A stretch of 64,000 nt of DNA, taken from positions 64,001-128,000 of the forward strand of contig JBEKDF010000001.1 in the NCBI GenBank assembly GCA_050014495.1, written 5' to 3'. Made by a program: the position numbers and the translations under genes. The stretch is from Candidatus Bathyarchaeia archaeon. GTDB lineage: Archaea; Thermoproteota; Bathyarchaeia; TCS64. Positions within the stretch are counted from its first letter, which is position 1; each line of letters starts with the position of its first letter. Shown here one piece after another: positions 37,932 through 47,622 of the stretch. The notes below the pieces were generated by a model. The model was not told the origin of the DNA, searched no databases, and saw only the letters and a list, made by a program, of their open reading frames with translations.

Positions 37932-39212
37932 ATGAGAGTAATAATTGGGGCGGGTCTGTCCGGGCTCAGCGCTGCTTACCATTCGGGTGGCGATTACATA
38001 GTTCTAGAGCGGGAGGGAGAGGTCGGTGGCCTCTGCCGTAGCATCACCACAAGGGGTTACACATTCGACCTCGCCCCCCACATCTTCTTCTCTGGGAGCA
38101 AGTACGTCAATGGCTTAGTAAACGAGCTCCTTAATGGTGACCTCGTAAAACAGAGGCGACGCGCCTACATCTATCTTCACGGCTCATACATAGAGTACCC
38201 ATTCGAGGTAAACCTATACGGTCTGCCTCAACAAATAATCGATGCGTGCATAGATGGCGCACGTCACAGACTAGATATGCAGCCCCGGAACTTCATGGAG
38301 TGGATTAAGGCCACAATGGGGGATGGCGTCGCCAAGCACTATATGGTTCCTTACAATGAGAAGGTTTGGAAGTATCCTCTTGAGGAAATGAGCATTGAAT
38401 GGGTGGCAGGGAGAGTCCCAACACCGAGTGTTGAGGACATGGTTAAGGGCGCAAAAGGAAAGTTGGAGAGGGATTATGGCCCCAACGCCTACTTTCTCTA
38501 CCCCCGAGTTGGTGGCATAGGAGCCATTCCAAACGCCTTCATCAAGAGAGTCAAGGACATATCGTTAAACTCGAATGTATTAGAGATACGCCCCAGCGGG
38601 AAGCTCATCAACGTGCTCTACACAAGAAACAGAGAGCAGAAGATACTCCAAGCGAATCGAGTGCTCTCCTCCGCTCCATTACCAGAACTCGTAAAGATGA
38701 TCAGGTCTTCCCCTGAGGAGGTCATCAAAGCTTCCGAGAGGCTAGTCTACAACAGCCTAATCTGCTTCAACGTCGGTGTGAACCGTGAGGCCATCAGCGA
38801 TAAACATTGGCTCTACTTTCCCGAGAAGGAGTATGTTTTCAACAGGATCAGCTTTCCAATGAATCTCTCACCTGAGACCTCGCCCAAAGGTAAGAGTAAC
38901 ATTGTGGTTGAAGTTACCTACAGGGGAGTTAAGCCCGACCCAGAAGCTATTAAGGAAAAGGTTAAGAAGGGGCTCATTCACGCAGGAATACTCCGCGAAG
39001 AAGACGAATTGGAGGTCTTTGACTTTCTAAACTTCAAATATGCGTATGTAGTCTACGACCTCCAGCACAAGGGAAACGTTAATCTAATACTGAGATACTT
39101 GAAATCCCTCGGAGTCTCCTCCATGGGACGGTTCGGGGAGTGGGAGTACCTCAACATGGACAAGGCTATCCTCTCTGGAAAGAGGGCGGCGGAGGAAGAA
39201 AATAGAAAATGA
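37932..39212 (+). CDS. FAD-dependent oxidoreductase, UDP-galactopyranose mutase / protoporphyrinogen oxidase-like
   Basis: GAGLSG, GGLCRS, YPF, PYNEKVW, GPNAYFLYP..GG.G, GRFGEWEY.NMD. Confidence 0.8.
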   Translation: MRVIIGAGLSGLSAAYHSGGDYIVLEREGEVGGLCRSITTRGYTFDLAPHIFFSGSKYVNGLVNELLNGDLVKQRRRAYIYLHGSYIEYPFEVNLYGLPQQIIDACIDGARHRLDMQPRNFMEWIKATMGDGVAKHYMVPYNEKVWKYPLEEMSIEWVAGRVPTPSVEDMVKGAKGKLERDYGPNAYFLYPRVGGIGAIPNAFIKRVKDISLNSNVLEIRPSGKLINVLYTRNREQKILQANRVLSSAPLPELVKMIRSSPEEVIKASERLVYNSLICFNVGVNREAISDKHWLYFPEKEYVFNRISFPMNLSPETSPKGKSNIVVEVTYRGVKPDPEAIKEKVKKGLIHAGILREEDELEVFDFLNFKYAYVVYDLQHKGNVNLILRYLKSLGVSSMGRFGEWEYLNMDKAILSGKRAAEEENRK

Positions 39213-39937
39213 TTACAGTAGTCGTACCAACTTATAATGAGGAGAAGAACATCGAACGCTGTCTCCGGGCCCTTGCTATGCAGAGCATACCACGTGATTC
39301 GTATGAAATCATCGTAGTTGACGGAAACAGTAAGGACCAGACGAGGGAGATAGCCTCAAAGTATGCTGACTTAGTCATCCAGCAGAGTAGCTCAGGAGTT
39401 GGAGGCGCTCGGAACGATGGCGTAATAGTCGCAAGGGGAGACATAATTGCTACGACCGATGCCGACTGCCTCCCTGACGAGAACTGGCTTCTAACTATAC
39501 TCGAGGACTTCAGTGACGATGAGATAGTCGCCGTCACAGGATACCTAGACCCCATGATCCCTAAAGACATGCAGAGGTTCAAAGCAGGAACCTATCATTA
39601 CGCATTCAAGGTCGCTAACGGCCTCCGCAAGGCTGGATCTCTAGTTGGCTACCACCATCTTTGTGGGGCGAACACAGCCTTCCGAAGGGATGTCTTCCTC
39701 GAGGTTAAAGGCTACAGAGACCTCGCCTACTCAGACGATATTGAGCTTGCCAAGAGGCTGAAACTGCATGGTAAAATGGCGATGGATGACAAGATACAGG
39801 TCGACTATTCTATTCGACGTATTCAGAAGCTTGGGATAGCTAAGTACACATGGATGATATTTAGAAACGACGTCAATGTAATGTTTCTCGGCATGAAACC
39901 AATTAAAGGTAACTATGCCAAGCAGGATTATAATTAG
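39209..39937 (+). CDS. Glycosyltransferase family 2
   Basis: VVVPTYNEE, VDG.S.D, DAD, GAN. Confidence 0.92.
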   Translation: MITVVVPTYNEEKNIERCLRALAMQSIPRDSYEIIVVDGNSKDQTREIASKYADLVIQQSSSGVGGARNDGVIVARGDIIATTDADCLPDENWLLTILEDFSDDEIVAVTGYLDPMIPKDMQRFKAGTYHYAFKVANGLRKAGSLVGYHHLCGANTAFRRDVFLEVKGYRDLAYSDDIELAKRLKLHGKMAMDDKIQVDYSIRRIQKLGIAKYTWMIFRNDVNVMFLGMKPIKGNYAKQDYN

Positions 39938-39971
39938 AAAATTAATAGATGGTTTCCTACATCGGATAGTA

Positions 39972-40424
39972 TTACTTTCTTGTGACCCAATTAAGGTCCT
40001 TGTCAGCCTTAATGTGGGGGCTTGCGGGGTCGAGGAGTATGACCTCATACCACTTATTTACGCCGTCCTGCCAAACCCAGTAACTGTTGAGTACCTCAAG
40101 GTTAGGATACTTCTTCGAAGCTCGTTGCTCCGCTATTAACTGAATACTCTTCGCGGGGGTGTATTTAGTTACACCCATCTTTTTCGGCCTACGGCCGAGG
40201 ACGGCTCTGAGCTTATGTGCACCACCGCGGCGGACGCGTACTCGTACCACCACTATACCTTTCTTGGCCTTGTAACCGAGCCTGTGGGCGCGGTCTAGAC
40301 GCGTTGGCTTATCCACTCTATTGACGGCGGGTTGCCGCCTCCAAGCGACGACGCGCTGGCGCATGAGATCCTGCACGTAGCTCTTCGCCGGACGTTTCCA
40401 AGCCTCTTCGAGGTGCCGGTACAT
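39972..40424 (-). CDS. rpl15e: 50S ribosomal protein eL15 (short form)
   Basis: PTRLDRA..LGYKAK, NLEVLNSYWV..D...KWYEVIL.DP. Confidence 0.95.
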   Translation of the reverse strand: MYRHLEEAWKRPAKSYVQDLMRQRVVAWRRQPAVNRVDKPTRLDRAHRLGYKAKKGIVVVRVRVRRGGAHKLRAVLGRRPKKMGVTKYTPAKSIQLIAEQRASKKYPNLEVLNSYWVWQDGVNKWYEVILLDPASPHIKADKDLNWVTRK

Positions 40425-40670
40425 TGACGGATTCTCCTATGCGAAGACCTTAGAGAAGTCTACGGCCTAATAAATGTATAGGGGTGCACTTTTGAACTAG
40501 GGGACAAGGGTGAAAGAAAAGAAGAGTATGGTAACTAATCAAATATGGTACAGATGAATAACATCGTTGCTAGGGGCGTATGAAAAATGAACTTGATCGA
40601 TATGAAAAATGAGAAACAAATTGAATTCTCTGGCTACTGCATCATTCTAGAAAAGCATTGATGATTGGGG

Positions 40671-41087
40671 TCAACGATTGATCAAACCATCTACTATTAG
40701 ATGTCGCTTCTGACGGAGATATACAACCGGTATACTTCGTTCCCTAAGTCTCCTTCTTAGCATTGCATCGGTGGTGCCAACCACATAACCACCAAAGGCT
40801 GCAAGCCTGATAAGTTGATCATCTACCTCCTCACCAGGTTCGAGATGGACATCCAAAAGGGTAATCCCACCTGCTAAAGTTAATGCAAACTCAATCTCCT
40901 TCTGCTCACCCGGCTTAACCAGATTCTTAAGTTTCCTGAGTTCCTCAACAACGGCTGTGGTTGTTGCTAACTCGAAAGAAGTCTCGATGACACGCTTTAA
41001 CTCGGCTTCGATGTCAACGCCAAATCTAATTGATATCATCAAGAAATTTGTGTCCAAAAGTACCATAATGGGTTCTCTGTGGATCAT
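40671..41087 (-). CDS. PIN-domain protein (Fcf1/Utp24-like)
   Basis: LLDTNFL, V.EEL, VDD, TTD; conserved position after aIF2gamma. Confidence 0.88.
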   Translation of the reverse strand: MIHREPIMVLLDTNFLMISIRFGVDIEAELKRVIETSFELATTTAVVEELRKLKNLVKPGEQKEIEFALTLAGGITLLDVHLEPGEEVDDQLIRLAAFGGYVVGTTDAMLRRRLRERSIPVVYLRQKRHLIVDGLINR

Positions 41088-42331
41088 CAGTTACTCAGGG
41101 CTCCGGCTCCAATAAGGCGCCAGCGCCCATCAATTCTGCGGCTGAGTGCCACCCTGTCAGTTTCCTCACCACAGATGGGGATGCTGAGCTTAGCTTCGAG
41201 ATAATCCTTTTTGACAAGCGTGACGTCCGCCATTGTCTTAGCTGTGCCAACGTTGAGGAGAAGTTTCTCCCCCTTGGCGATCGCCGCCACTTTCTCCTGC
41301 TCCTTACTTCCAACGACACTACCGAAGAGCTTGACTTTCATCGATAGTTCATCCTGAACAGATGGGAGAGTTCCGAGTTTTCCGAGTAGACTTCCGACGA
41401 GACCGTCGCTCTTGCTCAGACTCGGATCGAGTAGGGTTCCTACGCCAACTAAACCACCTGGAATCGCCTCATCAACGGTGGTGCCGCCAATGTGGAGACT
41501 AGTAATCTCTGTGACGAGCTCCCTCATCTTCAGCTTATTTTTATCCCTCGTGGGTAGGCCGGGCTTGATCTCGACCTCATCTCCCACCTTGAAGCTGCCC
41601 CGGTAGATGCTGCCGCCAAGAACACCTCCAGTCAAGTCATCGATCATTGTCCCCGGGTTGTTGACATCGAAGCTTCTAACTATGTGCATACGGCCGGGTT
41701 TATTGGAGTCCCTTTCGGGGGTGGGGAGGTACTCCTGTATGGCTTGGAGAAGCATGTCTATGTTGACCTCGTGTTGTGCTGAGACAGGTATGATGGGGGC
41801 ATCCTCCGCGACTGTGCCATCGATGAACTTTACTATATCGTTATAGCTCCTGATGGCATCATCGCGCTTTACGAGATCAATCTTGTTTTGTACTATAATG
41901 AGATTCTTGAGCCCTAGCGTGTCGATGGCAGCGAGATGTTCCCTCGTTTGTGGCTGTGGGCATTTCTCGTTAGCTGCGATGACGAGTATTGCCCCATCCA
42001 TTACAGCTGCGCCAGATAACATTGTAGCCATCAGAATCTCGTGGCCGGGGGCGTCCACGAAGCTGATAGCCCGCTGGAACTCGGCCTCCTTGCCACAGCC
42101 CGAGCATACGGGAGAGGTGCAATAACACTTTGGCTCATCACAATCAGGGCACTTGAATATGGCGAAATCGGCATAACCGAGCTTTATTGTGATGCCTCTT
42201 TTTAGTTCCTCGCTGTGCTTCGAAGCCCACTGTCCAGTTAGTGCTTGGACGAGCGTTGTCTTTCCATGGTCAACGTGGCCAATTGTACCGATGTTGACCT
42301 CAGGTTGTTTAGGTAGGCTAGATATTTCCAC
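41087..42331 (-). CDS. eif2g: Translation initiation factor 2 gamma subunit
   Basis: QPEVNIG..GHVDHGKT, TIKLGY, Zn knuckle, PQPQT.EH, WRLIG. Confidence 0.97.
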   Translation of the reverse strand: MEISSLPKQPEVNIGTIGHVDHGKTTLVQALTGQWASKHSEELKRGITIKLGYADFAIFKCPDCDEPKCYCTSPVCSGCGKEAEFQRAISFVDAPGHEILMATMLSGAAVMDGAILVIAANEKCPQPQTREHLAAIDTLGLKNLIIVQNKIDLVKRDDAIRSYNDIVKFIDGTVAEDAPIIPVSAQHEVNIDMLLQAIQEYLPTPERDSNKPGRMHIVRSFDVNNPGTMIDDLTGGVLGGSIYRGSFKVGDEVEIKPGLPTRDKNKLKMRELVTEITSLHIGGTTVDEAIPGGLVGVGTLLDPSLSKSDGLVGSLLGKLGTLPSVQDELSMKVKLFGSVVGSKEQEKVAAIAKGEKLLLNVGTAKTMADVTLVKKDYLEAKLSIPICGEETDRVALSRRIDGRWRLIGAGALSN

Positions 42332-42487
42332 TTCCCCCGTGCAAACTCAATCAGTGATAAGCCTCCTCTTAAATACATTTATTGAAATCACTGAACCCCT
42401 ACGCGGATAATTCCGCGACTTAAAAAGAGGCACTTGGGAGGTAGATTAAATTTAATCGAATTATTAATAGAAAGTGAATATAGGGTT

Positions 42488-42901
42488 TTATTGTTTTGGC
42501 TCTTCTTTGAGCTTTTCGGTAACAGGTTCTGTTACCTTCTCCGCCTTCTTCTTTCCCTTGGTCTGGCTAACAATAGAGAGGTTGATGAACTTAGATTCCA
42601 TGCTTAATGTATTCCCACGAATTACCTTCCTTCTCCTTTCCCCTTCGGACTTCGGATGAAATCCAACTCCGCCACTCAATATGACGTGTGACTTGGCGGT
42701 TCCGTGTATATCAGGGCGCATGGGTATGCCATCCTTATCGGTTCCACCAGTTATCTTTAGTATATATCCTGCCATATTAGCGACAGAACCATCAACTTCC
42801 TCGCCTATCTTTTTGCCGATGAGTGGCGTCATCCTAGCGTCTTCTAATTCGACCTTCTGGCTTTTTCCTGTTGAGGGGTCGGACACGATCAATAGTGGCA
42901 T
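42488..42901 (-). CDS. rps6e: 30S ribosomal protein eS6
   Basis: ITGG.DKDG.PM, GERRRK.IRG. Confidence 0.95.
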   Translation of the reverse strand: MPLLIVSDPSTGKSQKVELEDARMTPLIGKKIGEEVDGSVANMAGYILKITGGTDKDGIPMRPDIHGTAKSHVILSGGVGFHPKSEGERRRKVIRGNTLSMESKFINLSIVSQTKGKKKAEKVTEPVTEKLKEEPKQ

Positions 42902-42913
42902 TGTTCTTCTCTC

Positions 42914-44692
42914 CTATATGGCCCAGAGTGGGTCCTTCTTCCTTTTTATTTCGACGAGTTCCGCGAGGGCCTTGTTGGCGTTCTCAGTCAGACGTGTAGC
43001 GAACTTCTGTCGCAACGCTCTGGCATCTTTCTCCGGAACGTCCACGTAAAGGACATCTCGCTCTTTTATATGTCTACCGACGATGGGCGTAGGCATCGAA
43101 ACAGCGACTTCCTTGCCTTCCTCGGCCTTACTTATCGCAGCTCCTTGGTCCTGGATCTGTGTGAGGCGCCCGAGTCCCTCATTCTCCCTGTTGACCATTA
43201 TGGAGTTAGGAATTAGGATGCCTGCCTCGACGCGGACGCCAAAGATAGCTGGCTTTGCGCGGCGGAAGATGTAGCCGTCGAGTATCTGGATCTTGGCGGG
43301 TTGGACGAGAGTCTCGAACTCCTTTCGGGCTTTAGCTTCGCGCTCCCCCTCCATCCACTTGATATAGTCTTCCATCAGGTTGTAGATTATATCGTTTCTG
43401 AATACCTTTACACGTTGCTCATCGGCTTCAGTCTCGGCGTCAGGAAGGAGCTTGACATTGAAGGCGAGGATAGCACCATAGAGTGGTTCCTCGAATCGGA
43501 CTGAAGCAGATTCCATTACGTCTCGGCGACTAACGTCACCGATGTCCGCTAGGCGGATTGGAATGTCCCTCGCTCTGATGCTCTCAACAAGAGCCTCAAG
43601 GCTCCCCAGAGTATCTGTCTTCACTATTATACCAGTCTTATCGGTTTGTACTTTGACGCTCTCCATCTCCCTTACTATTTCGGCGAAGGCTTTCTCCTGC
43701 GTCATTTCGCCTCCAATGACAATGAGAGGTGAGCCTGGCAGTGCGTCCTCAATGTTGGGGGCTGATATTTTGATACCAGCTGCGGCTGGAACTTCTGTGA
43801 TAGTAGTGAATTTTTTCTTTGGGTCCCTGATCTCGTCAAGGGGTTGGGGCATGAGTAGGGCACGGATCTTCGTGGCTATCGGACCATTCTTGCCGCCGAT
43901 GACTATTGTATCCTCGGCCTTGAGGATACCATCGTAGATTATAGCATTGAGAGTGTGACCGAGACCAACCTCCTCACGGACCTCGAGTACAGTACCCTGG
44001 GCTCGGCCCTCAGTGACAGTAAGTTTATCCTGCATATACTGCTGTGTTAAACCGATGAGGACGGCGAGTAGCTCGCCAATGCCTTCACCCGTCTTGGCGC
44101 TGACGGGAACGATGGCGACGTTACGTGTGAAGTCGCGCACCCTGTCGAAACGCTCAGAGCTTATACCCTCCCGGCTGAGGACGCCCATCATGCTGTAGAG
44201 CCTGTTGTCAAGGTCCTCTTGGACAAGCTGCTGCTGTTCTGCATAAGTCTGAAGGAAGGCTTGGCCTTCCTTGGAGCGCCACCCCTCTATGCGATCTATC
44301 TTGTTAGCCGCAATTATGAAGGGTGTCTTTCTGCTCTTCAGTATTCTTAGGCTCTCATAGGTCTGGTTCTCAAATCCATGCATCACATCGACAACGAGAA
44401 TAGCGATGTCGGCAACGCTTCCACCGCGACGGCGAAGATTAGCGAAAGCCTCGTGACCTGGAGTGTCTACTACTAGTAGTCCAGGTATCTGAATATTGAC
44501 ATTGAAGTTCTTGACGAGTCTCTGAGTTATTGCCACAAGGGTCTCAAGTGGAAAATAGCTAGCGCCTATCTGCTGTGTCATTCCACCTGCCTCGCGTAGC
44601 TGAACAGCGGTACCTCTAATTTTATCGAGTAGGCTCGTCTTCCCTGTATCGACGTGGCCAAGCATGCATACGATAGGTTGGCGGATTGGCAT
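42914..44692 (-). CDS. infB: Translation initiation factor aIF5B (IF-2)
   Basis: RQPIV..GHVD.GKT, TQQIGA, DTPGHEAF, NKID. Confidence 0.97.
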   Translation of the reverse strand: MPIRQPIVCMLGHVDTGKTSLLDKIRGTAVQLREAGGMTQQIGASYFPLETLVAITQRLVKNFNVNIQIPGLLVVDTPGHEAFANLRRRGGSVADIAILVVDVMHGFENQTYESLRILKSRKTPFIIAANKIDRIEGWRSKEGQAFLQTYAEQQQLVQEDLDNRLYSMMGVLSREGISSERFDRVRDFTRNVAIVPVSAKTGEGIGELLAVLIGLTQQYMQDKLTVTEGRAQGTVLEVREEVGLGHTLNAIIYDGILKAEDTIVIGGKNGPIATKIRALLMPQPLDEIRDPKKKFTTITEVPAAAGIKISAPNIEDALPGSPLIVIGGEMTQEKAFAEIVREMESVKVQTDKTGIIVKTDTLGSLEALVESIRARDIPIRLADIGDVSRRDVMESASVRFEEPLYGAILAFNVKLLPDAETEADEQRVKVFRNDIIYNLMEDYIKWMEGEREAKARKEFETLVQPAKIQILDGYIFRRAKPAIFGVRVEAGILIPNSIMVNRENEGLGRLTQIQDQGAAISKAEEGKEVAVSMPTPIVGRHIKERDVLYVDVPEKDARALRQKFATRLTENANKALAELVEIKRKKDPLWAI

Positions 44693-44759
44693 AACAAGCA
44701 CCCGTCTAAATTCGCCTGTAGCTCCGCCTATTAACCTATCTGAGCCATCTAAAAAAGAA

Positions 44760-46943
44760 CTAAGCGACCCTCATGGTGGAGGGAGGCGAAGCCTTCCCGA
44801 ACATCACGGACTGGAGGCTCGTAGGCTTCACCTTTTCGAAGGCTACTTCGAAGTGGCGCTCGTAGATCTTGAGCTCTTCTATGTGCTTCTTCGCATCTTC
44901 GGCGTCGGGGTGGGCAGAGAGGTAGTCGTTTATGGCAGCGAGACTTGCTGCACTGCAAACCGCCGCGATCTCAGCGCCTGTGTACATCTCTGTCTGCTCT
45001 GCGAGTTTGTCCATACTCACATCCTCCGCTAGGGGCATCCCCTTAGTATGGATTCTGAGTATGGCCTTTCTCGCCTCCAAATCGGGGGGTGGAATATAGA
45101 GCATCCTATCAAAGCGTCCAGGTCTAAGGAGAGCGGGGTCGACCATGTCAGGCCGGTTTGTAGCTCCAATCACAGTGACATCCTTAAGCTCTTGGAGCCC
45201 GTCTAGCTCGGTGAGTATCTGACTTAACATCCTTTCAGTGACACCGGAGTCCCCAAGACTGCTACCCCTCCCAGGAGCCATTGCATCGATCTCGTCGAAG
45301 AAAATAATGCATGGAGCTGCTGTACGTGCCTTTCTAAAGATCTCCCTGACACCCTTCTCGGACTCGCCGACCCACTTGCTGAGGAGCTCGGGACCCTTGA
45401 TGCTGATGAAGTTAACACCACTCTCAGTAGCAACAGCCTTCGCGATGAGGGTCTTCCCCGTGCCAGGTGGGCCATAAAGGAGTATCCCCTTTGGGGGCTT
45501 CGCAGCTGTGTGCTCGAAGAGTTCTCTGAACTTGAGTGGCCACTCAACTGCCTCACGAAGCTCTTCCTTCGCTTCCTGAAGACCGCCGACATCATCCCAT
45601 CGGACGTTGGGGCTCTCGACAAGAACCTCTCGTAGGCTACTTGGGTGGACCTCACGCATGGCATCCTCGAAGTCCTGCATCGTTACGGTTATCTTGTTTA
45701 GGAGTTCAGCGGGTATGCTCACTTGACTGAGGTCGATCTCGGGGAGAATCCGGCGAAGACTACTCATAGCGGCCTCTTTACTTACCGACTCTAGGTCAGC
45801 GCCAACGAATCCATGTGTTCTGTCTGCAATTGTGTCAAGATTTACATCCTTGGCTAGAGGCATGCCACGTGTGTGTATCTGAAGTATCTGCAGACGTCCA
45901 TTACGGTCAGGGAGGCCTATTTCGATCTCTCTGTCGAATCTTCCTGGGCGTCGCAGGGCGGGGTCGAGGGCATTAGGGCGATTAGTCGCACCTATGACGA
46001 CTACCTTTCCCCTTCCCTCCAGACCATCCATGATTGTTAGTAACTGAGACACTATACGTTTCTCAACATCGCCGCTGACCTCCTCTCTCTTTGGTGCGAT
46101 GCTATCGATCTCGTCGATGAAGATTATGCTTGGAGCGTTCTCCTGTGCCTCCTTAAAGATCTCACGGAGTCTCTCCTCGGACTCCCCGTAGAATTTACTC
46201 ATTATCTCTGGTCCGCCAATGCTGTAGAAGTTTGCCTGGGTCTCGTTGGCGACCGCTTTAGCCAGTAGGGTCTTACCGGTGCCCGGGGGACCGTGTAGTA
46301 GAACACCCTTAGGGGCCTCTACACCGAGGCGCTCGAATATCTCGGGATGCTTAAGGGGGAGCTCGATCATTTCCCTGACCTTAGATATCTCCCTGTTAAG
46401 ACCTCCAATATCCTCATAGCTGATCTTGGGGACACTGCCTTGCGTCTTGGGAGCCTTGTCTGTGAACTCTATCTCAGTGTCCACGTCGATTATCACAGCG
46501 TCGGCTTGTGGCTGCACCGATGCGACGATTAGGTCGACGCGCCGCCCCATGATGTTTAAAGGAATGACGCTACCTTTTGATACGACTCGCCCCTCCAGTA
46601 ACTGCGTTAGATAGCCCTCTCCACCTTCGATCCTCAATGGCTCCGTAGGGTAGAGTGTGAGCTTCTCAGCTGGCCTCGCTTCGACCCGACGCACCGTGAC
46701 ACGATCATCAAGGCTGACACCAGCGTCGTTGCGCAGGTTACCGTCTATCCTGATTATGCCCTTTCCATAATCGTTCATCTGGCCAGGCCAGATGAGGGCG
46801 TACGCCTTCCTCTTGCCTGTTATCTCTACGACCTCACCGGCACGCCATTGGAGCTTGTTGACAAGCTCTGGGTCGACGACGGCTATTCCTCTGCCCGCAA
46901 CGTTCTGCGGTGCCTCAGCTACTCTAAGTGTAATATTTTCCAT
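44760..46943 (-). CDS. cdc48: CDC48/VAT-family AAA ATPase
   Basis: N-domain plus two AAA modules (GPPGTGKT x2, RPGRFDR x2). Confidence 0.96.
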   Translation of the reverse strand: MENITLRVAEAPQNVAGRGIAVVDPELVNKLQWRAGEVVEITGKRKAYALIWPGQMNDYGKGIIRIDGNLRNDAGVSLDDRVTVRRVEARPAEKLTLYPTEPLRIEGGEGYLTQLLEGRVVSKGSVIPLNIMGRRVDLIVASVQPQADAVIIDVDTEIEFTDKAPKTQGSVPKISYEDIGGLNREISKVREMIELPLKHPEIFERLGVEAPKGVLLHGPPGTGKTLLAKAVANETQANFYSIGGPEIMSKFYGESEERLREIFKEAQENAPSIIFIDEIDSIAPKREEVSGDVEKRIVSQLLTIMDGLEGRGKVVVIGATNRPNALDPALRRPGRFDREIEIGLPDRNGRLQILQIHTRGMPLAKDVNLDTIADRTHGFVGADLESVSKEAAMSSLRRILPEIDLSQVSIPAELLNKITVTMQDFEDAMREVHPSSLREVLVESPNVRWDDVGGLQEAKEELREAVEWPLKFRELFEHTAAKPPKGILLYGPPGTGKTLIAKAVATESGVNFISIKGPELLSKWVGESEKGVREIFRKARTAAPCIIFFDEIDAMAPGRGSSLGDSGVTERMLSQILTELDGLQELKDVTVIGATNRPDMVDPALLRPGRFDRMLYIPPPDLEARKAILRIHTKGMPLAEDVSMDKLAEQTEMYTGAEIAAVCSAASLAAINDYLSAHPDAEDAKKHIEELKIYERHFEVAFEKVKPTSLQSVMFGKASPPSTMRVA

Positions 46944-46975
46944 TTTTAATCCTCCTCAAAAACTGTTAATCAGGT

Positions 46976-47506
46976 TTATTTGACTATGATGTTGACACCT
47001 TTAGGTGGCTCTGGGCCTTTCTTCTTGAAGATGACCTGTAAGATGCCGTTTGTGTAGCTAGCATCGGCTGTGTTAGGGTCGACCTGTACGTCCAAAGGAA
47101 TCTCAGCGTTATACGGCGTCCCTGAATCATTCGTAGTGATGGTCACATGCTCCTCCGTAGCGTTAATCTTGATACCCGACTTATCGGCTCTTGGCATCTC
47201 TGCGATCACCTTGACCATTCCCCCATTTTCATCGATGGATATGTCCACGAGAGGCTCGCGAATGCCGAGCTGTTGACTACCCCCTGTTGGCTTTACATTA
47301 CCGAACTCCTTCACATGTGGCTTGCCATCAGAACCTATGTTGACCTGGTACCCGTAGTACCAAGTCTTTGCGTTAGGGTTCTTCTGCATCTCATTCCACA
47401 TCTTATTCCCGTTCTCATCGAAGTCCCAGAAGTCTCTGAGCATATCATCCCAGAGAGATTCGAATGGGTTTCTTCTTATTCTCCACGTCATGTTTTTCAC
47501 TGCCAT
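46976..47506 (-). CDS. hsp20: Archaeal small heat-shock protein Hsp20 (start 47506 or 47491)
   Basis: YYG....IG.DGKP.V.EFGN, REPLVD, A.Y.NGIL, C-terminal IxI/V motif. Confidence 0.9.
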   Translation of the reverse strand: MAVKNMTWRIRRNPFESLWDDMLRDFWDFDENGNKMWNEMQKNPNAKTWYYGYQVNIGSDGKPHVKEFGNVKPTGGSQQLGIREPLVDISIDENGGMVKVIAEMPRADKSGIKINATEEHVTITTNDSGTPYNAEIPLDVQVDPNTADASYTNGILQVIFKKKGPEPPKGVNIIVK

Positions 47507-47543
47507 GGGTTGTGTATGGCCTCTTAATAAATATTGTGCCATA

Positions 47544-47561
47544 ATGTCATATTTTTGACAT
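47544..47561. promoter_or_regulatory. Palindromic candidate operator upstream of hsp20-cdc48
   Basis: ATGTCA-N6-TGACAT, about 13 bp upstream of a minus-strand TTTATTAA TATA-like box (47524-47531). Confidence 0.5.
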
Positions 47562-47622
47562 ATGGTAATGTTTTAAAGGAAGTGTTATAAGTCTTAAATC
47601 GCCAGCTACGGGTGAAAGATAC

